Source of the DNA: Polyangiaceae bacterium
Lineage (GTDB): Bacteria; Myxococcota_A; Polyangia; Polyangiales; Polyangiaceae
Reading direction: 5' to 3'
Assembly: GCA_033763455.1 (NCBI GenBank)
Contig: JANRKO010000073.1
Span: forward strand, 1 to 64,000
Length of the DNA stretch: 64,000 nucleotides
Shown: in pieces, positions 1-9,635 of the stretch
Layout: each line of letters begins with the position of its first letter
How positions within the stretch are numbered: the first letter of the stretch is position 1
Program-made: the position numbers and the translations under genes
The notes under the pieces: model-generated
Told to the model about the DNA's origin: nothing
Database searches by the model: none
What the model saw: only the letters and a program-made list of their open reading frames with translations

Positions 1-138
1 ATCGCGGTCCTCGGCGGTCACATCAGGTACAAGCCGAACCCGGGTTGGCTCACGCTCGCCCGAGGCTTTGAAAAACTAAGCACCCTGACCGAAGGCTGGA
101 CCGCCGCCAAATTACAGCTACACAGTGATCAACCATGA
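1..138 (+). CDS. IS4-family (IS50/Tn5-like) transposase, 3' fragment (truncated by window start)
   Basis: Frame 1 reads IAVLGGHIRYKPNPGWLTLARGFEKLSTLTEGW...DQP*, matching the IAxLGG...PGWxTLxRG C-terminal motif of IS50-group transposases. Confidence 0.85.
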   Translation: MAVLGGHIRYKPNPGWLTLARGFEKLSTLTEGWTAAKLQLHSDQP

Positions 139-139
139 G
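1..139 (+). mobile_element. Right end of IS4-family element; putative terminal IR ~123-139 (CAGTGATCAACCATGAG)
   Basis: Transposase stop lies inside a terminal sequence ending ...AG (CT.. on the other strand), as in IS50-group elements; sequence switches to a host repeat at 140. Confidence 0.65.
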
Positions 140-153
140 GCCATGCTAAGTAC
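140..153. repeat. Truncated copy of dispersed 20-bp palindrome (GCCATGCTAAGTAC)
   Basis: Identical to 23450-23463; left arm replaced by the IS end. Confidence 0.8.
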
Positions 154-158
154 CTTTT

Positions 159-818
159 GTGAGAAGAAAACCCCCTACCCCCTGGCTTGCGCGTCAGGCC
201 ACGCGTCTACCCTCAGCAGGGCTAGGTCTTGCCGTTTTCACCTTATGCAGCTGCAGCAGCAGCGAAGCCCCTGCCCCCTCTGCCACTTCCATGGGCGGCG
301 CGGCGCCCACCTCAACAGCTTCGCCGAATGCGTCTTCAACCAGCTCCGGCGTTTCGAGCAAAGATTGCACACTCCCCACGTGCCCCGCCACCGATCCAAT
401 ATTGCTTCCGGGCATGAATGTCTCCTTCAGACGAGATCTCATGCTGCCGCTGCAGAGAAACTGTAGTGATGCGCCGTGCCATGGCAACCGAAACGACTCC
501 GGGGGAGCGTTCTACCTCAGTGAGCCTTCCCCTGCCGCTGTCAACGCGAGCGAAATGCTAGCGCGGATGGTGCGCGTGGCCTCCAAAACGGCACCGAGTG
601 TCCCGCTTATCGAGCCGGGAGATCCAACTCACAGCTTCCTTGTCGCCAAAATCGAAGGCTGCCAAGACAGTTTGAACTTCACCTGCACCGCTCAGCCCAG
701 GGCATCAGCCACAAGCGGTGCCTGCGGCGACACCATGCCGCAGGGGCAACGCCCCCTCTGCAATCAAGAACGATCGCTGTTGAGGCTCTGGATCCTGGCG
801 GGAGCCCAAGACAATTAG
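159..818 (+). CDS. Lipoprotein, putative c-type cytochrome-like domain
   Basis: Lipobox-like LCSC, Ser/Thr linker, CSDAPCH (CX4CH), IEPGDPxxSFLVxK, MP and WILAGA motifs. Confidence 0.6.
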   Translation: MRRKPPTPWLARQATRLPSAGLGLAVFTLCSCSSSEAPAPSATSMGGAAPTSTASPNASSTSSGVSSKDCTLPTCPATDPILLPGMNVSFRRDLMLPLQRNCSDAPCHGNRNDSGGAFYLSEPSPAAVNASEMLARMVRVASKTAPSVPLIEPGDPTHSFLVAKIEGCQDSLNFTCTAQPRASATSGACGDTMPQGQRPLCNQERSLLRLWILAGAQDN

Positions 819-912
819 CGTCACGCTCGGCGGATCGCGAGGACAAGCCGGGAAATCTCAGCCATAATCCGAGCAAACCCGCTGTGGTTCTAGCTGGAAA
901 ATTGAAGGAGCA

Positions 913-2004
913 ATGCGTATGTCGAGCCAATGGATGGGGCAGTCGTTCACTCGAAGGTACCTCACAACTTTCGCTTCAACGCTCTTTCTAGCTGCCTGCG
1001 GGAGCTCGTCGATCGACGGAACCGCTGCGGCAGCGCCAGGCAACCCCACAGCGGCTGGAGGCGCACCAGCTGGCGCAGCATTACCTGACATAACGCTTCA
1101 AACCTGGACAACAACAGCTCCGATGCCAGGTACTCCCACCTCGTACAGCCGAGCCGTTGCAGTGAACGGGCAACTCTTTGTTCTGGGCGGGCGGACGCTC
1201 AACACCGGCGTTGGCGCAGGTCAACCGCAACTGGGCGTTCTTGCCTACGACCCAAAGGCAGACAGCTGGGCAGAACACGAGCCATTACCGAAGCTCATTG
1301 ACCAGCCAAATGTGGCCGGCATCCAAGGTAAGATCTACGTCCTTGGTGGCAAGGACGTATTAACCATATTTGAATACGATCCCGGCACCCGAGTGTGGTC
1401 CGAAAAGGGCCAACGCCCAGTGGCCGTGGGCATCGGCGCATCCGCGGTCGCGGTGAAAGGGGATGAAATCTTCCTTGCGGGAGGAGTCGTTCCTTCCGCC
1501 ACTAATCCCCGGGGTGCGCGAGTTACTGATTTTGCAAGCTACAACGTCCGTACAGGCGCTTGGCAAACCCTCCCCACCATGGTCGAGGAAAGTGCGTATT
1601 TTGGCGCGGAAATTTTGGGAAATTCGCTCTACACCTTTGGAGGCAGCACCGAACAGCGCGAGGTCGCTCGGCCAGGCAAGACCTTCGCTTTTGATTTTAC
1701 TTCCAAGCTCTGGACGGAAAAAGCACTACTGCCGCTGGCTGTGAGCAGCTTTGCGTCAGCAAGTGTTGGAACGCGCACGTACATCATCGGTGGCATCACC
1801 GGCGCCACGGGCCGCATTAACCCCGAAACACAAGTTTACGACTCTGTCGCTGACAGCTGGGGCTTCACAACCAATCTCCCCACGCCACGCTTCGCGCTAG
1901 GTGCCGTAGCGCTCGGCGGAAAAATCTATGTACCAGGCGGTGTACAACAGACCGGTGAAGCAACCTTCGACGCCGTCCCGATCGTGGAAGTATTGAGCCC
2001 GTAG
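913..2004 (+). CDS. Kelch-repeat beta-propeller lipoprotein
   Basis: LAAC lipobox; repeated IYVxGG...YDP...W units. Confidence 0.85.
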   Translation: MRMSSQWMGQSFTRRYLTTFASTLFLAACGSSSIDGTAAAAPGNPTAAGGAPAGAALPDITLQTWTTTAPMPGTPTSYSRAVAVNGQLFVLGGRTLNTGVGAGQPQLGVLAYDPKADSWAEHEPLPKLIDQPNVAGIQGKIYVLGGKDVLTIFEYDPGTRVWSEKGQRPVAVGIGASAVAVKGDEIFLAGGVVPSATNPRGARVTDFASYNVRTGAWQTLPTMVEESAYFGAEILGNSLYTFGGSTEQREVARPGKTFAFDFTSKLWTEKALLPLAVSSFASASVGTRTYIIGGITGATGRINPETQVYDSVADSWGFTTNLPTPRFALGAVALGGKIYVPGGVQQTGEATFDAVPIVEVLSP

Positions 2005-2064
2005 TCGCACACTCACCGTGCTGCTAGCGAACCTCAACTTCGATGGCCGCTGAACTGAGAGGCT

Positions 2065-3120
2065 CTACTCTGTGCACAGTTGTACGGACACAGAACCAAA
2101 TTCTGCACCGCCTTTACCTGACCACAGCGAGGCGAAGGCGTCACGCGGATCCGCACCACCAGCCAGTGCCTGAAACGTTCCACGTTGCACGCCCGCGACG
2201 CTCACCTTAACCTGGCGTGAGCCTGGAGTGATCTCCAGGTGAACCTCGACCAAATCATCTGCCAGGCCCGGCAAGGTATAGAGCTCCACCAAATGGCTCT
2301 CCGTGTCTAAGGTAGAGAGGCGAAAGCGCTGAGAATTCCCCACGTGCCGCACTTCGGCCGCAACAGATACGACCGGCGCGTTGGGGCCGGCCACATTGAT
2401 CCAGAATGCCGCTGGGACATCATCACTTTCGAGGCCCGGATGGCGTAGCCGCACATCCACCACTACTCGATGGTTGAAGCTATTGCCCGGCGCGGTATCC
2501 AGGAGCCGAGCACCTTTTGCGTGCCACACGCCCCCCTGAAGCTCGTCGGCGGGAAACGGCGCACCATCCCGCAGACGCCAATCCTTCACGTTATCCCCAT
2601 TAATGTCGAGCTCTGTGGGATCTTCCGAAAAGTCGGCGGCCCACATCTTCTCAACCGTGCAGCCCGCGCCGCTCAGCTGGCCACCCGAGGCTGTGCTGCT
2701 GCCACCCGAGGCGAGACTTCCACCGCCCCCCCCAACTTGCCTCCCACCGGTTGCCGTTTGCATACCACCCGTCGCTACCGCTGGTTGCCCACCGCTTGCC
2801 GAGCCACCACCAAGAGCACCACTCGGCGCGCTCGCTGATCCGAGCATACTGCCACCCGAGCTACTCGAAGCCGTGCCTCCGGAGCTAACACTAGGTGAAA
2901 GGCCATTACCCACCATCATGCTTCCATTGCTCATAGAAGCACCGCCAAGCGCGTTGGCGCCTCCCGCTCCTTTGCCTGAATCCCCTCGTTCTGGCGCGAA
3001 AATTGCGGAATCCGGAGCGCCGCAACCGAGGACAAGGTTAACGCCCAAAAGTGCGACTCCACACCAAGCAGCCGCCCGATTCGATGTTAACCTGCACTTC
3101 AAAATCAAGAATCCTCGCAC
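2065..3120 (-). CDS. Hypothetical lipoprotein with Gly/Ser-rich linker and beta-rich C-terminal domain
   Basis: LVLGC lipobox, GGS-rich linker; start uncertain. Confidence 0.65.
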   Translation of the reverse strand: MRGFLILKCRLTSNRAAAWCGVALLGVNLVLGCGAPDSAIFAPERGDSGKGAGGANALGGASMSNGSMMVGNGLSPSVSSGGTASSSSGGSMLGSASAPSGALGGGSASGGQPAVATGGMQTATGGRQVGGGGGSLASGGSSTASGGQLSGAGCTVEKMWAADFSEDPTELDINGDNVKDWRLRDGAPFPADELQGGVWHAKGARLLDTAPGNSFNHRVVVDVRLRHPGLESDDVPAAFWINVAGPNAPVVSVAAEVRHVGNSQRFRLSTLDTESHLVELYTLPGLADDLVEVHLEITPGSRQVKVSVAGVQRGTFQALAGGADPRDAFASLWSGKGGAEFGSVSVQLCTE

Positions 3121-3139
3121 GAGTGCACATTGTCAGTCA

Positions 3140-3151
3140 TCAAACGTTTGA
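3140..3151. promoter_or_regulatory. LacI-family-like operator palindrome TCAAACGTTTGA
   Basis: Perfect 12-bp palindrome with AAACGTTT core just upstream of the 2065-3120 gene. Confidence 0.35.
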
Positions 3152-3207
3152 CTGCAAGAACCTTTCCCGAACGGCACGGCCTTCTTGGCGCTACATAAAG
3201 ATGCAGC

Positions 3208-4518
3208 TCACTTACAAATGCCAATCCCCGGCACCACCGTATTTTGCGTGTCCGCGGTCACGTATTGCGTACACGTAGTACCAAGTGGGCAAGAAGGCGC
3301 GGACAGCGCACACACTTGTTGACACGTGCTGTAGTCACAAATCCCACGCGCTCTAGCGCCGTCCTCTGCTGCGCAGGGCGAGTTTACTGGTCCGGAGCAT
3401 TTCTCCCCGATCGCCGCAGCATCTACGTTCTCCACTTCGGTGCAGGTACCACCCACGTGGCAGCGCGCTCCGTAGCAATATCGGAGGCGCTCCTCACGAC
3501 CATAAACAATCAGGCGGCACACGCCGCGAGAACAACCAGGTGTGGAAGAGAAGTAGTTGCACGTTTCGGTGCAATATTGTTCCTTCGGCCACAGGGGGGC
3601 GATTGCCTGACACACCGCGCCCGGGACACATCCGGTAGCGAGTGTGGTGGCCACGCAGCCCTTTTGCCCCAGCGTGCCTAGCCCCGTTTTCCTGCAGACT
3701 CCGCGGCTCCCATCGTAGCTTACGGAGACGCACTCTTGCCCGCTCGGGCAAACATTCTCAGTAAAGGGAGTGCAGGGCGTGTAGCAGGCCCCCGTCTCAT
3801 AGGCCTCACTTTGCAGTTCACACACGCTCCCTGCTGAACACTTGGGATCATCCTCGTAGCATTGATTGAGCACGCACCGCGCTGTGTTCGGATCACACAC
3901 TTGGCGCGCATGATTGACACAATCTTCGCTCGTGGCGCAGCTCGGACGCTGGCTGGCAAACGTATCAAAGCGAGCCTCAGAGATAAACAGGCAACGCTCA
4001 ATGTTGGGGTCGACACCATCCCATCCGTCATCCGGGCTAGGCAGAAGCGAGCGCAACACTACATTCTTGAGGCTACCACGGTATTCCCCAGACTGCAGAT
4101 TAACGTCCTCCAATTGGAGCGTGCCCTCGGTCGCAAAGTTAAGGTGCGCCACGTTTACCCCGATCCAGTCCTCCAGAACGCTCACACATTCGTTGCACGT
4201 TGAAAATCGCGAATTGGCGCCCATTCCGAGCGCATAGCTGCCGGGCCCGAGCTCAACCCCTGCCGGCGGACGAAACCGTATGCTGAGCTTATCCACCCCC
4301 TCGCCACCGAGCTCCCGATCAAGCCGCGCTTCGACGTTATCTCCCATCGGTCCCGCCTTTCCCGTGAAGCGCAGCGGGAGAAGCACGCCTATGTTCAGGC
4401 AACCGCTCGGCACTGGCGGAGCCTCGGGGTCTGGGATGCTGAGCTCGGTGGGCTTCGGGGAGCAGCCCATGAAGGCTAACAGCAACAAGTGCCGTAGAGC
4501 TCGGCTGAGCGGCTTCAC
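3208..4518 (-). CDS. Cysteine-rich hypothetical lipoprotein
   Basis: AFMGC lipobox; many short Cys-rich repeats in the C-terminal half. Confidence 0.75.
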   Translation of the reverse strand: MKPLSRALRHLLLLAFMGCSPKPTELSIPDPEAPPVPSGCLNIGVLLPLRFTGKAGPMGDNVEARLDRELGGEGVDKLSIRFRPPAGVELGPGSYALGMGANSRFSTCNECVSVLEDWIGVNVAHLNFATEGTLQLEDVNLQSGEYRGSLKNVVLRSLLPSPDDGWDGVDPNIERCLFISEARFDTFASQRPSCATSEDCVNHARQVCDPNTARCVLNQCYEDDPKCSAGSVCELQSEAYETGACYTPCTPFTENVCPSGQECVSVSYDGSRGVCRKTGLGTLGQKGCVATTLATGCVPGAVCQAIAPLWPKEQYCTETCNYFSSTPGCSRGVCRLIVYGREERLRYCYGARCHVGGTCTEVENVDAAAIGEKCSGPVNSPCAAEDGARARGICDYSTCQQVCALSAPSCPLGTTCTQYVTADTQNTVVPGIGICK

Positions 4519-4647
4519 GTCGCCTAGCGTAGCGCTCTGTGGTGGCCAAGCGCCAGCGGGCGAAGCGACGAATTCAGCTTGAGAGCTGGAGAACGAGGGC
4601 CAAAGTGGCGGGCCGGCGCCCCGTTAGCTAGGGTCTCCGCGAGCCAT

Positions 4648-6771
4648 ATGTCTAACGCGATCAGCAATTACGATGAACAGGTTTACGCGGGCGTTTTGGG
4701 CAAGGTGATCGGTGTGTATATGGGGCGGCCCTTTGAGGGCTGGACCAAAGACCGCGTCATCGAACACTTCGGCAATGTTGATCGCTACGTAGCCGAAGAG
4801 CGGGGCGTCCCGCTGGTCGTCACCGACGACGACATCACGGGCACTTTTACCTTCATTCGAGCGCTCGAAGACACCGGTCGCTACGCGGAAACTCCCGACG
4901 AAGACTTCGGCAGGATGTGGCTCAACTACATTATCGAAAACAAATCGATTCTCTGGTGGGGCGGCCGAGGTGTTTCGACCGAACATACCGCCTTTCTTCG
5001 CCTTAAGGAGGGCGTGAAGAGCCCCGAGAGCGGCTCCTGTGCGCTGAACGGTAAAGTGGTCTCTGAACAGATCGGGGCTCAAATTTTCATCGACGCCTAT
5101 GGCCTGGTAGCACCCGGCAACCCCGAACTTGCCACGCGTTTAGCTCGCAAATCGGCGGCCGTTTCACACGATGGCGAGGCCATTTACGGAGCACTGGTGG
5201 TGGCAGCGCTGGTTTCCGCCGCCTTTGTCGAAAAGGACATGGATCGTTTGCTCGACTCCGCCCTCACCTACATCCCTCAGGATTCGGTGATTGCCCAGGT
5301 GCACCGCGACGTGCGCGCGTGGGCTCGCATCGATGGCGACTGGCACAAAACCTTCGTGAGAATTAAGGAGAAATACGGCTACGACAAGTTCGGCGGTTGC
5401 TGCCACATGGTGCCCAACCACGCCATCATGGTCATGGCGTGGGTCTACGCGCCCAACAGCTTTCGCGAGTCTCAATCGATCATCAACACGGCCGGCTGGG
5501 ACACCGATTGCAACGCAGCAAACGTAGGTTCGGTGATGGGAGTAAAGCTTGGGCTTTCAGCCATCAACGCCGAGTACGATTTTCAGGGCCCCATTGCGGA
5601 TCGCATCTTGTTGCCTACTGCGGAGCCCAGCCGGCACGTCTCTGATTGCCTGACGGAAGCCCTCAATATCGCCAGAATTGGGCGCAAAGTGATGGGATGG
5701 GAAGCCGCTCCCCCGCCCAAGCAGGGCGCCACATTTCACTTCAGCCTTCCCGGTGCACGCCACGGTTTTCAAAACGAACCCACGACCCACAAAACTCAAC
5801 CCCCCGGCATCCTCTCCAACGTTGCGTGGGGACAGACGCGTGCACTCGCTGTCGATTTCAGTGGCCTTTCCCCCAGACGCAAGGCTCGCATCACCACGCC
5901 ATTGTTGGCTGAGCCCACCATTTCTGGCTCCAGCTCCAGCTATGCCATGATGGGGTCGCCGCGGGCTTACCCAGGGCAAACCATCCACCTTCAGGGGTTC
6001 ATTCCGGAACTCAACGGCGGCGCGGTCTCCGTACGTCTCTTTCTCAAACACTGGGAAAAGAGCACCAAGCGCCCGAGCGGTGAACTCGCAAGCGAGCCCG
6101 TTCAGCTTTCCAGCTCGGGGCCGGTTGCACTCCAACTTGCGGTGCCAGATCTCAACGGTTGGCCCGTTTCCGATCTCGGCATCGAAATCGAGGGCGCGGA
6201 GGGCGTCTCCGGCCGGCTCATCGTTGACCGCATCTCGTTTCAGGGAAAGCCTCGTTTTTCGCTCGAATACGAGGTTCCCAAGTCCGAAAAAGGGCTCCCC
6301 ATCGGCTGGATCCAAAATGCGGATGAAGTGCGCCCGCGGTTTTCCGAAGAAGATCCGGGCTTCATGAACCTCGTGTGTTCAAGCGGTCGCGGGCACCTCG
6401 TCACCGGAACCTTAGATTTTTCGGACTACGTCTTCCGCGCCCGCATCAAGAAAAACCTCGTGAGCCGCTTGGGCCTCGTGCTTCGTTGGCAGGGCATCGA
6501 GCGTTACCTTGCAGTAACGGGAGACAGCAAGAAGTTGCAGCTGCTCAGCCGCTATTATGGCGATCACGTTCTGTCGGAGGTCCCCTTCCCTTGGGGCGTG
6601 GGCGAGGCGCACGAGCTCAGGGTCACGCTCAAAGGAGAGAGCATCGAAGTCAGTGTAGATGGCGTGTTGCTCCTTTCGGGCAAAGACACCCAGCTAGGTC
6701 GCGGAGGGTTCGGGTTTCTCACCGAAAACGGAGTCATGGGCTTCCGCGAAACCAGCGTCGAATCCCTCTAG
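4648..6771 (+). CDS. ADP-ribosylglycohydrolase family protein with C-terminal beta-sandwich domains
   Basis: VYAGVLGKVIGVYMGRPFEGW, TDDD, GAQI and GWDTDCNAANVG motifs. Confidence 0.9.
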   Translation: MSNAISNYDEQVYAGVLGKVIGVYMGRPFEGWTKDRVIEHFGNVDRYVAEERGVPLVVTDDDITGTFTFIRALEDTGRYAETPDEDFGRMWLNYIIENKSILWWGGRGVSTEHTAFLRLKEGVKSPESGSCALNGKVVSEQIGAQIFIDAYGLVAPGNPELATRLARKSAAVSHDGEAIYGALVVAALVSAAFVEKDMDRLLDSALTYIPQDSVIAQVHRDVRAWARIDGDWHKTFVRIKEKYGYDKFGGCCHMVPNHAIMVMAWVYAPNSFRESQSIINTAGWDTDCNAANVGSVMGVKLGLSAINAEYDFQGPIADRILLPTAEPSRHVSDCLTEALNIARIGRKVMGWEAAPPPKQGATFHFSLPGARHGFQNEPTTHKTQPPGILSNVAWGQTRALAVDFSGLSPRRKARITTPLLAEPTISGSSSSYAMMGSPRAYPGQTIHLQGFIPELNGGAVSVRLFLKHWEKSTKRPSGELASEPVQLSSSGPVALQLAVPDLNGWPVSDLGIEIEGAEGVSGRLIVDRISFQGKPRFSLEYEVPKSEKGLPIGWIQNADEVRPRFSEEDPGFMNLVCSSGRGHLVTGTLDFSDYVFRARIKKNLVSRLGLVLRWQGIERYLAVTGDSKKLQLLSRYYGDHVLSEVPFPWGVGEAHELRVTLKGESIEVSVDGVLLLSGKDTQLGRGGFGFLTENGVMGFRETSVESL

Positions 6772-7362
6772 CGCTCCCCCCGCTCGCTTCGCCAAAAACC
6801 TCAAGAATTCAGCCACTTCACCCTTCTTGTACCCAAGGCGCCGCCGCTGCCGCGCGCGACGATTCCATTCGCCCACCAGCGCTTGGTACTCGGCAAGCTC
6901 GCGCCAGCGCTCGGTATCTTCGGTTTCAGCGGAGGTAAGGTCGGCATCGGTATCCCAGGCAGCTTCGCACTCATCGAATAGCGGGAGCAGCCCCACGGGC
7001 TTCAACGAAAAATCGTAAGGGTAAATACGACAGTCCATCGGGCGTTCCACATACACAGCGCAACGCCCATCTGCCTTCAAAAACCCGCACCCTCCATCTT
7101 TCCAAGCTAACGTCATTAGCCGGCGCCCCACCGAAAGCTCCACAAAGCTCCCCGGTTCATTCGTCATGTCCACCTCGTCCGGGGCAAGCCAGGCCAGGTG
7201 CTGAGCCCAACCAGGCACGGCACGGCAGAGGCGGACGAGGTCGCCTAATGTCAACACGACGCGCATTTTCCGACAGCACTCCCCGCAAGCCGTGCAACGA
7301 AATCGATGCGCGGAAGCTTCTTGGGGGGCAGCCACGTACGGAGCCTTTCGGCCGCGACCCAA
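6694..7362 (-). CDS. YkgJ-family cysteine-cluster protein
   Basis: FRCTACGECCR, CGFL...CAVYVERPMDCRIYP. Confidence 0.85.
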   Translation of the reverse strand: MGRGRKAPYVAAPQEASAHRFRCTACGECCRKMRVVLTLGDLVRLCRAVPGWAQHLAWLAPDEVDMTNEPGSFVELSVGRRLMTLAWKDGGCGFLKADGRCAVYVERPMDCRIYPYDFSLKPVGLLPLFDECEAAWDTDADLTSAETEDTERWRELAEYQALVGEWNRRARQRRRLGYKKGEVAEFLRFLAKRAGGALEGFDAGFAEAHDSVFGEKPEPSAT

Positions 7363-7554
7363 CGCGTCAAGTGCCCCCTCTCGCCGGTTCTCGCGCTTTG
7401 CCGCTCCGAGCCGGCGTTCTCCCCCAAATCGCGGCGATGCCGCTCAGGGGGAGATACCGCCCGGTGCCGGACCCATAGGAGGCCACGCCATCGCTGCGAT
7501 CCCGCAAAAGAGCAGCTTGCGGACCGCGCCGGAACTTCTGCTATAACGACCCGC

Positions 7555-7773
7555 ATGGGAAGTTTCAGTGCCATCCACTGGTTGATCGTTGCGGTAGTAG
7601 TCCTTTTGCTGTTTGGGCCCAGTCGTCTGGCCAATGCTGGCAAAGGTTTGGGCGAAGGCATTCGCAATTTTAAGAAGGGCTTGGATGCCGACGATCCGAC
7701 GCCCCCTAAAGATGCGCCGCCGGCGGCGCCCACTCAGCTTGCGCCGCCGCAAGATAACGGCCAAAAGCCGTAA
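7555..7773 (+). CDS. tatA: Twin-arginine translocase TatA
   Basis: MGSFSAIHWLIVAVVVLLLFGPSRL...GKGLGEGIRNFKK. Confidence 0.95.
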   Translation: MGSFSAIHWLIVAVVVLLLFGPSRLANAGKGLGEGIRNFKKGLDADDPTPPKDAPPAAPTQLAPPQDNGQKP

Positions 7774-7906
7774 CGGTCCGGCCTTCAGGCACGCCCCTGC
7801 CGGAGACTTGGATTGTGCGGGGTCTATGCTGGAGTTGTGGCTCGGTAGACGCCAATATACGGCGAACTTCCCAGGTTAACCGAGTATCCGCTCATTAGCG
7901 TACCCG

Positions 7907-8785
7907 ATGCTGAAGCTTTCGTGTCCTCTGCAAAGCCCAAAGCTCGGGCGACAAGTAGAGCGAGCATTGCAGATCGGCGGTCGCACCGAATGGGTCGTAG
8001 ACATCTCGAGCGAGGGGGGCGGAACCCTGCACGGCTACTTTGATTCGCACGCTGAAGCCTCGCGCGCGTTCGCAGAGCTGCAAGCCCACGTTCCTGGGTT
8101 GCCGGACACACCCGATGTTCGCCCGCTATCCGACGAGGACTGGCAAGGGAGCTACAAAGCCCACTTTCAACCGACTCAAGCTGGCCGCTTTCTGCTAGTC
8201 CCCGCGTGGACCGAAAAGCCACTAGCGTCGGCCGCCGATGCCATAGTGCTCCGCCTAGATCCGGGGCTCACCTTTGGTACCGACCACCCCACCACGCGCC
8301 TTTGCCTCGCCGCACTTGAGGCTTTCGCGACTCCGCGTGCGAAGCTGGCCGAGTTGCGCTTCATCGACGTCGGCTCGGGTTCGGGGGTGCTTGGAATAGC
8401 AGCGCTCCTGCTCGGTTTCGGTGCGGGAAGTGCATTCGATACGGATGCTTTGGCAGTGGCGCGGACGCGCGAGAATGCAGGGAGAAATGGCGTATCAGAG
8501 AGGCTTCAGTGTCGAGAGTGCGGCATTGACCGAGGCCTAGAGGCAACGGCCGACTTGGTGTTTGCCAATATCCACCACAACGTATTGGTGGCGCACGCTG
8601 AACGGCTGCTCGGCGCCGTAAGTCCTGGGGGCATCCTAGTCTTGAGTGGTTGCTTGGAAGTTGACCGAGAACTGCTTCAATCAGCCTTTGAAGCGGCGGC
8701 GATCCGCGAGCATTGGCCACTCGCAAGCATCAACTGGAAGGCTGAAGATGGCTGGGCAGCGATTGAAATCTCGCGGCGTCCGTGA
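7907..8785 (+). CDS. prmA: Ribosomal protein L11 methyltransferase
   Basis: LDPGLTFGTDHPTT, DVGSGSGVL, ANI, LSG motifs. Confidence 0.9.
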   Translation: MLKLSCPLQSPKLGRQVERALQIGGRTEWVVDISSEGGGTLHGYFDSHAEASRAFAELQAHVPGLPDTPDVRPLSDEDWQGSYKAHFQPTQAGRFLLVPAWTEKPLASAADAIVLRLDPGLTFGTDHPTTRLCLAALEAFATPRAKLAELRFIDVGSGSGVLGIAALLLGFGAGSAFDTDALAVARTRENAGRNGVSERLQCRECGIDRGLEATADLVFANIHHNVLVAHAERLLGAVSPGGILVLSGCLEVDRELLQSAFEAAAIREHWPLASINWKAEDGWAAIEISRRP

Positions 8786-8820
8786 GTTCACTCAATCAGC
8801 GCGCGTGAGTTCACTCAATC
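8781..8820. repeat. Two direct copies of CGTGAGTTCACTCAATC (17 bp, period 23)
   Basis: 8781-8797 and 8804-8820 identical. Confidence 0.9.
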
Positions 8821-9456
8821 GACAAGAGTCCCGTAGAACGAAGTCCTGAGGCCGAGGCTCACGAAGTGGGCGCGCACTGTTTGGCTAAACATCTGCGAAT
8901 ATTCCAGCGAGGGGCCGAGCTTGATCTGCCAGAGGCGCCAGGGCTCGTAGAAAGCTCCTACCCCAATCAGCGAAAGCGAGCCGCCATCAGCGACCTTCGT
9001 TCCGTCCTTCTCCTCGACCTTTAGCGCACCTGCGCCAAACTCACCGTGAACCCCCAAGTCGCGAAGTGAACCGCCAAGCTGGTACAGAGGAAACGCCTCC
9101 AGCCGCACTCCGAACGCGACCCCGCTGGCCTCAAGCTGATTGCCCTTTTGGCCTACCAACACGCCACCGAGCCCGTAAGAAAACCAGTCGCGAAGTGCAC
9201 CACCGAACCAAACGGATGTGTAACTTGCGGCGGCAAGGTCCGTGTCCGCTCGGAACTCCGCGCGATTCACCTTCTCCGCCTCGTTCGGGTAACCGCTCGT
9301 GGTGCCTATCCCGTACGCCGGCGCAAATCCCAACATGAAGCCGCCACGCCGCTCCGTTTTCGGCGTGTAGTCCTCAGCATCTACACCCTCCTGCGCGTTA
9401 GCCAAATTCGCCGCAGCACTCACCAGCAAGAAACAAATCCAAGGCAAAATCTTCAT
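8815..9456 (-). CDS. Putative small outer-membrane beta-barrel protein
   Basis: Signal peptide (ANA-Q), alternating Gly/aromatic beta strands, aromatic residues near C-terminus. Confidence 0.6.
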   Translation of the reverse strand: MKILPWICFLLVSAAANLANAQEGVDAEDYTPKTERRGGFMLGFAPAYGIGTTSGYPNEAEKVNRAEFRADTDLAAASYTSVWFGGALRDWFSYGLGGVLVGQKGNQLEASGVAFGVRLEAFPLYQLGGSLRDLGVHGEFGAGALKVEEKDGTKVADGGSLSLIGVGAFYEPWRLWQIKLGPSLEYSQMFSQTVRAHFVSLGLRTSFYGTLVD

Positions 9457-9635
9457 CGCTCCTGCCTTTTTCGAGCCTATCCGTACCCAAATCAAGTGCC
9501 TGTCTCAGGATGAGGCAAGCGCCAAAGCCATCGCTTCGCATCGTTTGGGCGGAAAAATGCGGCTTTCGAGGGCTCGGGCAATTTGCCTTCCGGGTTCGCC
9601 GCGGCCATAATTCGGCACTCTCGAGGTTTCAACCC

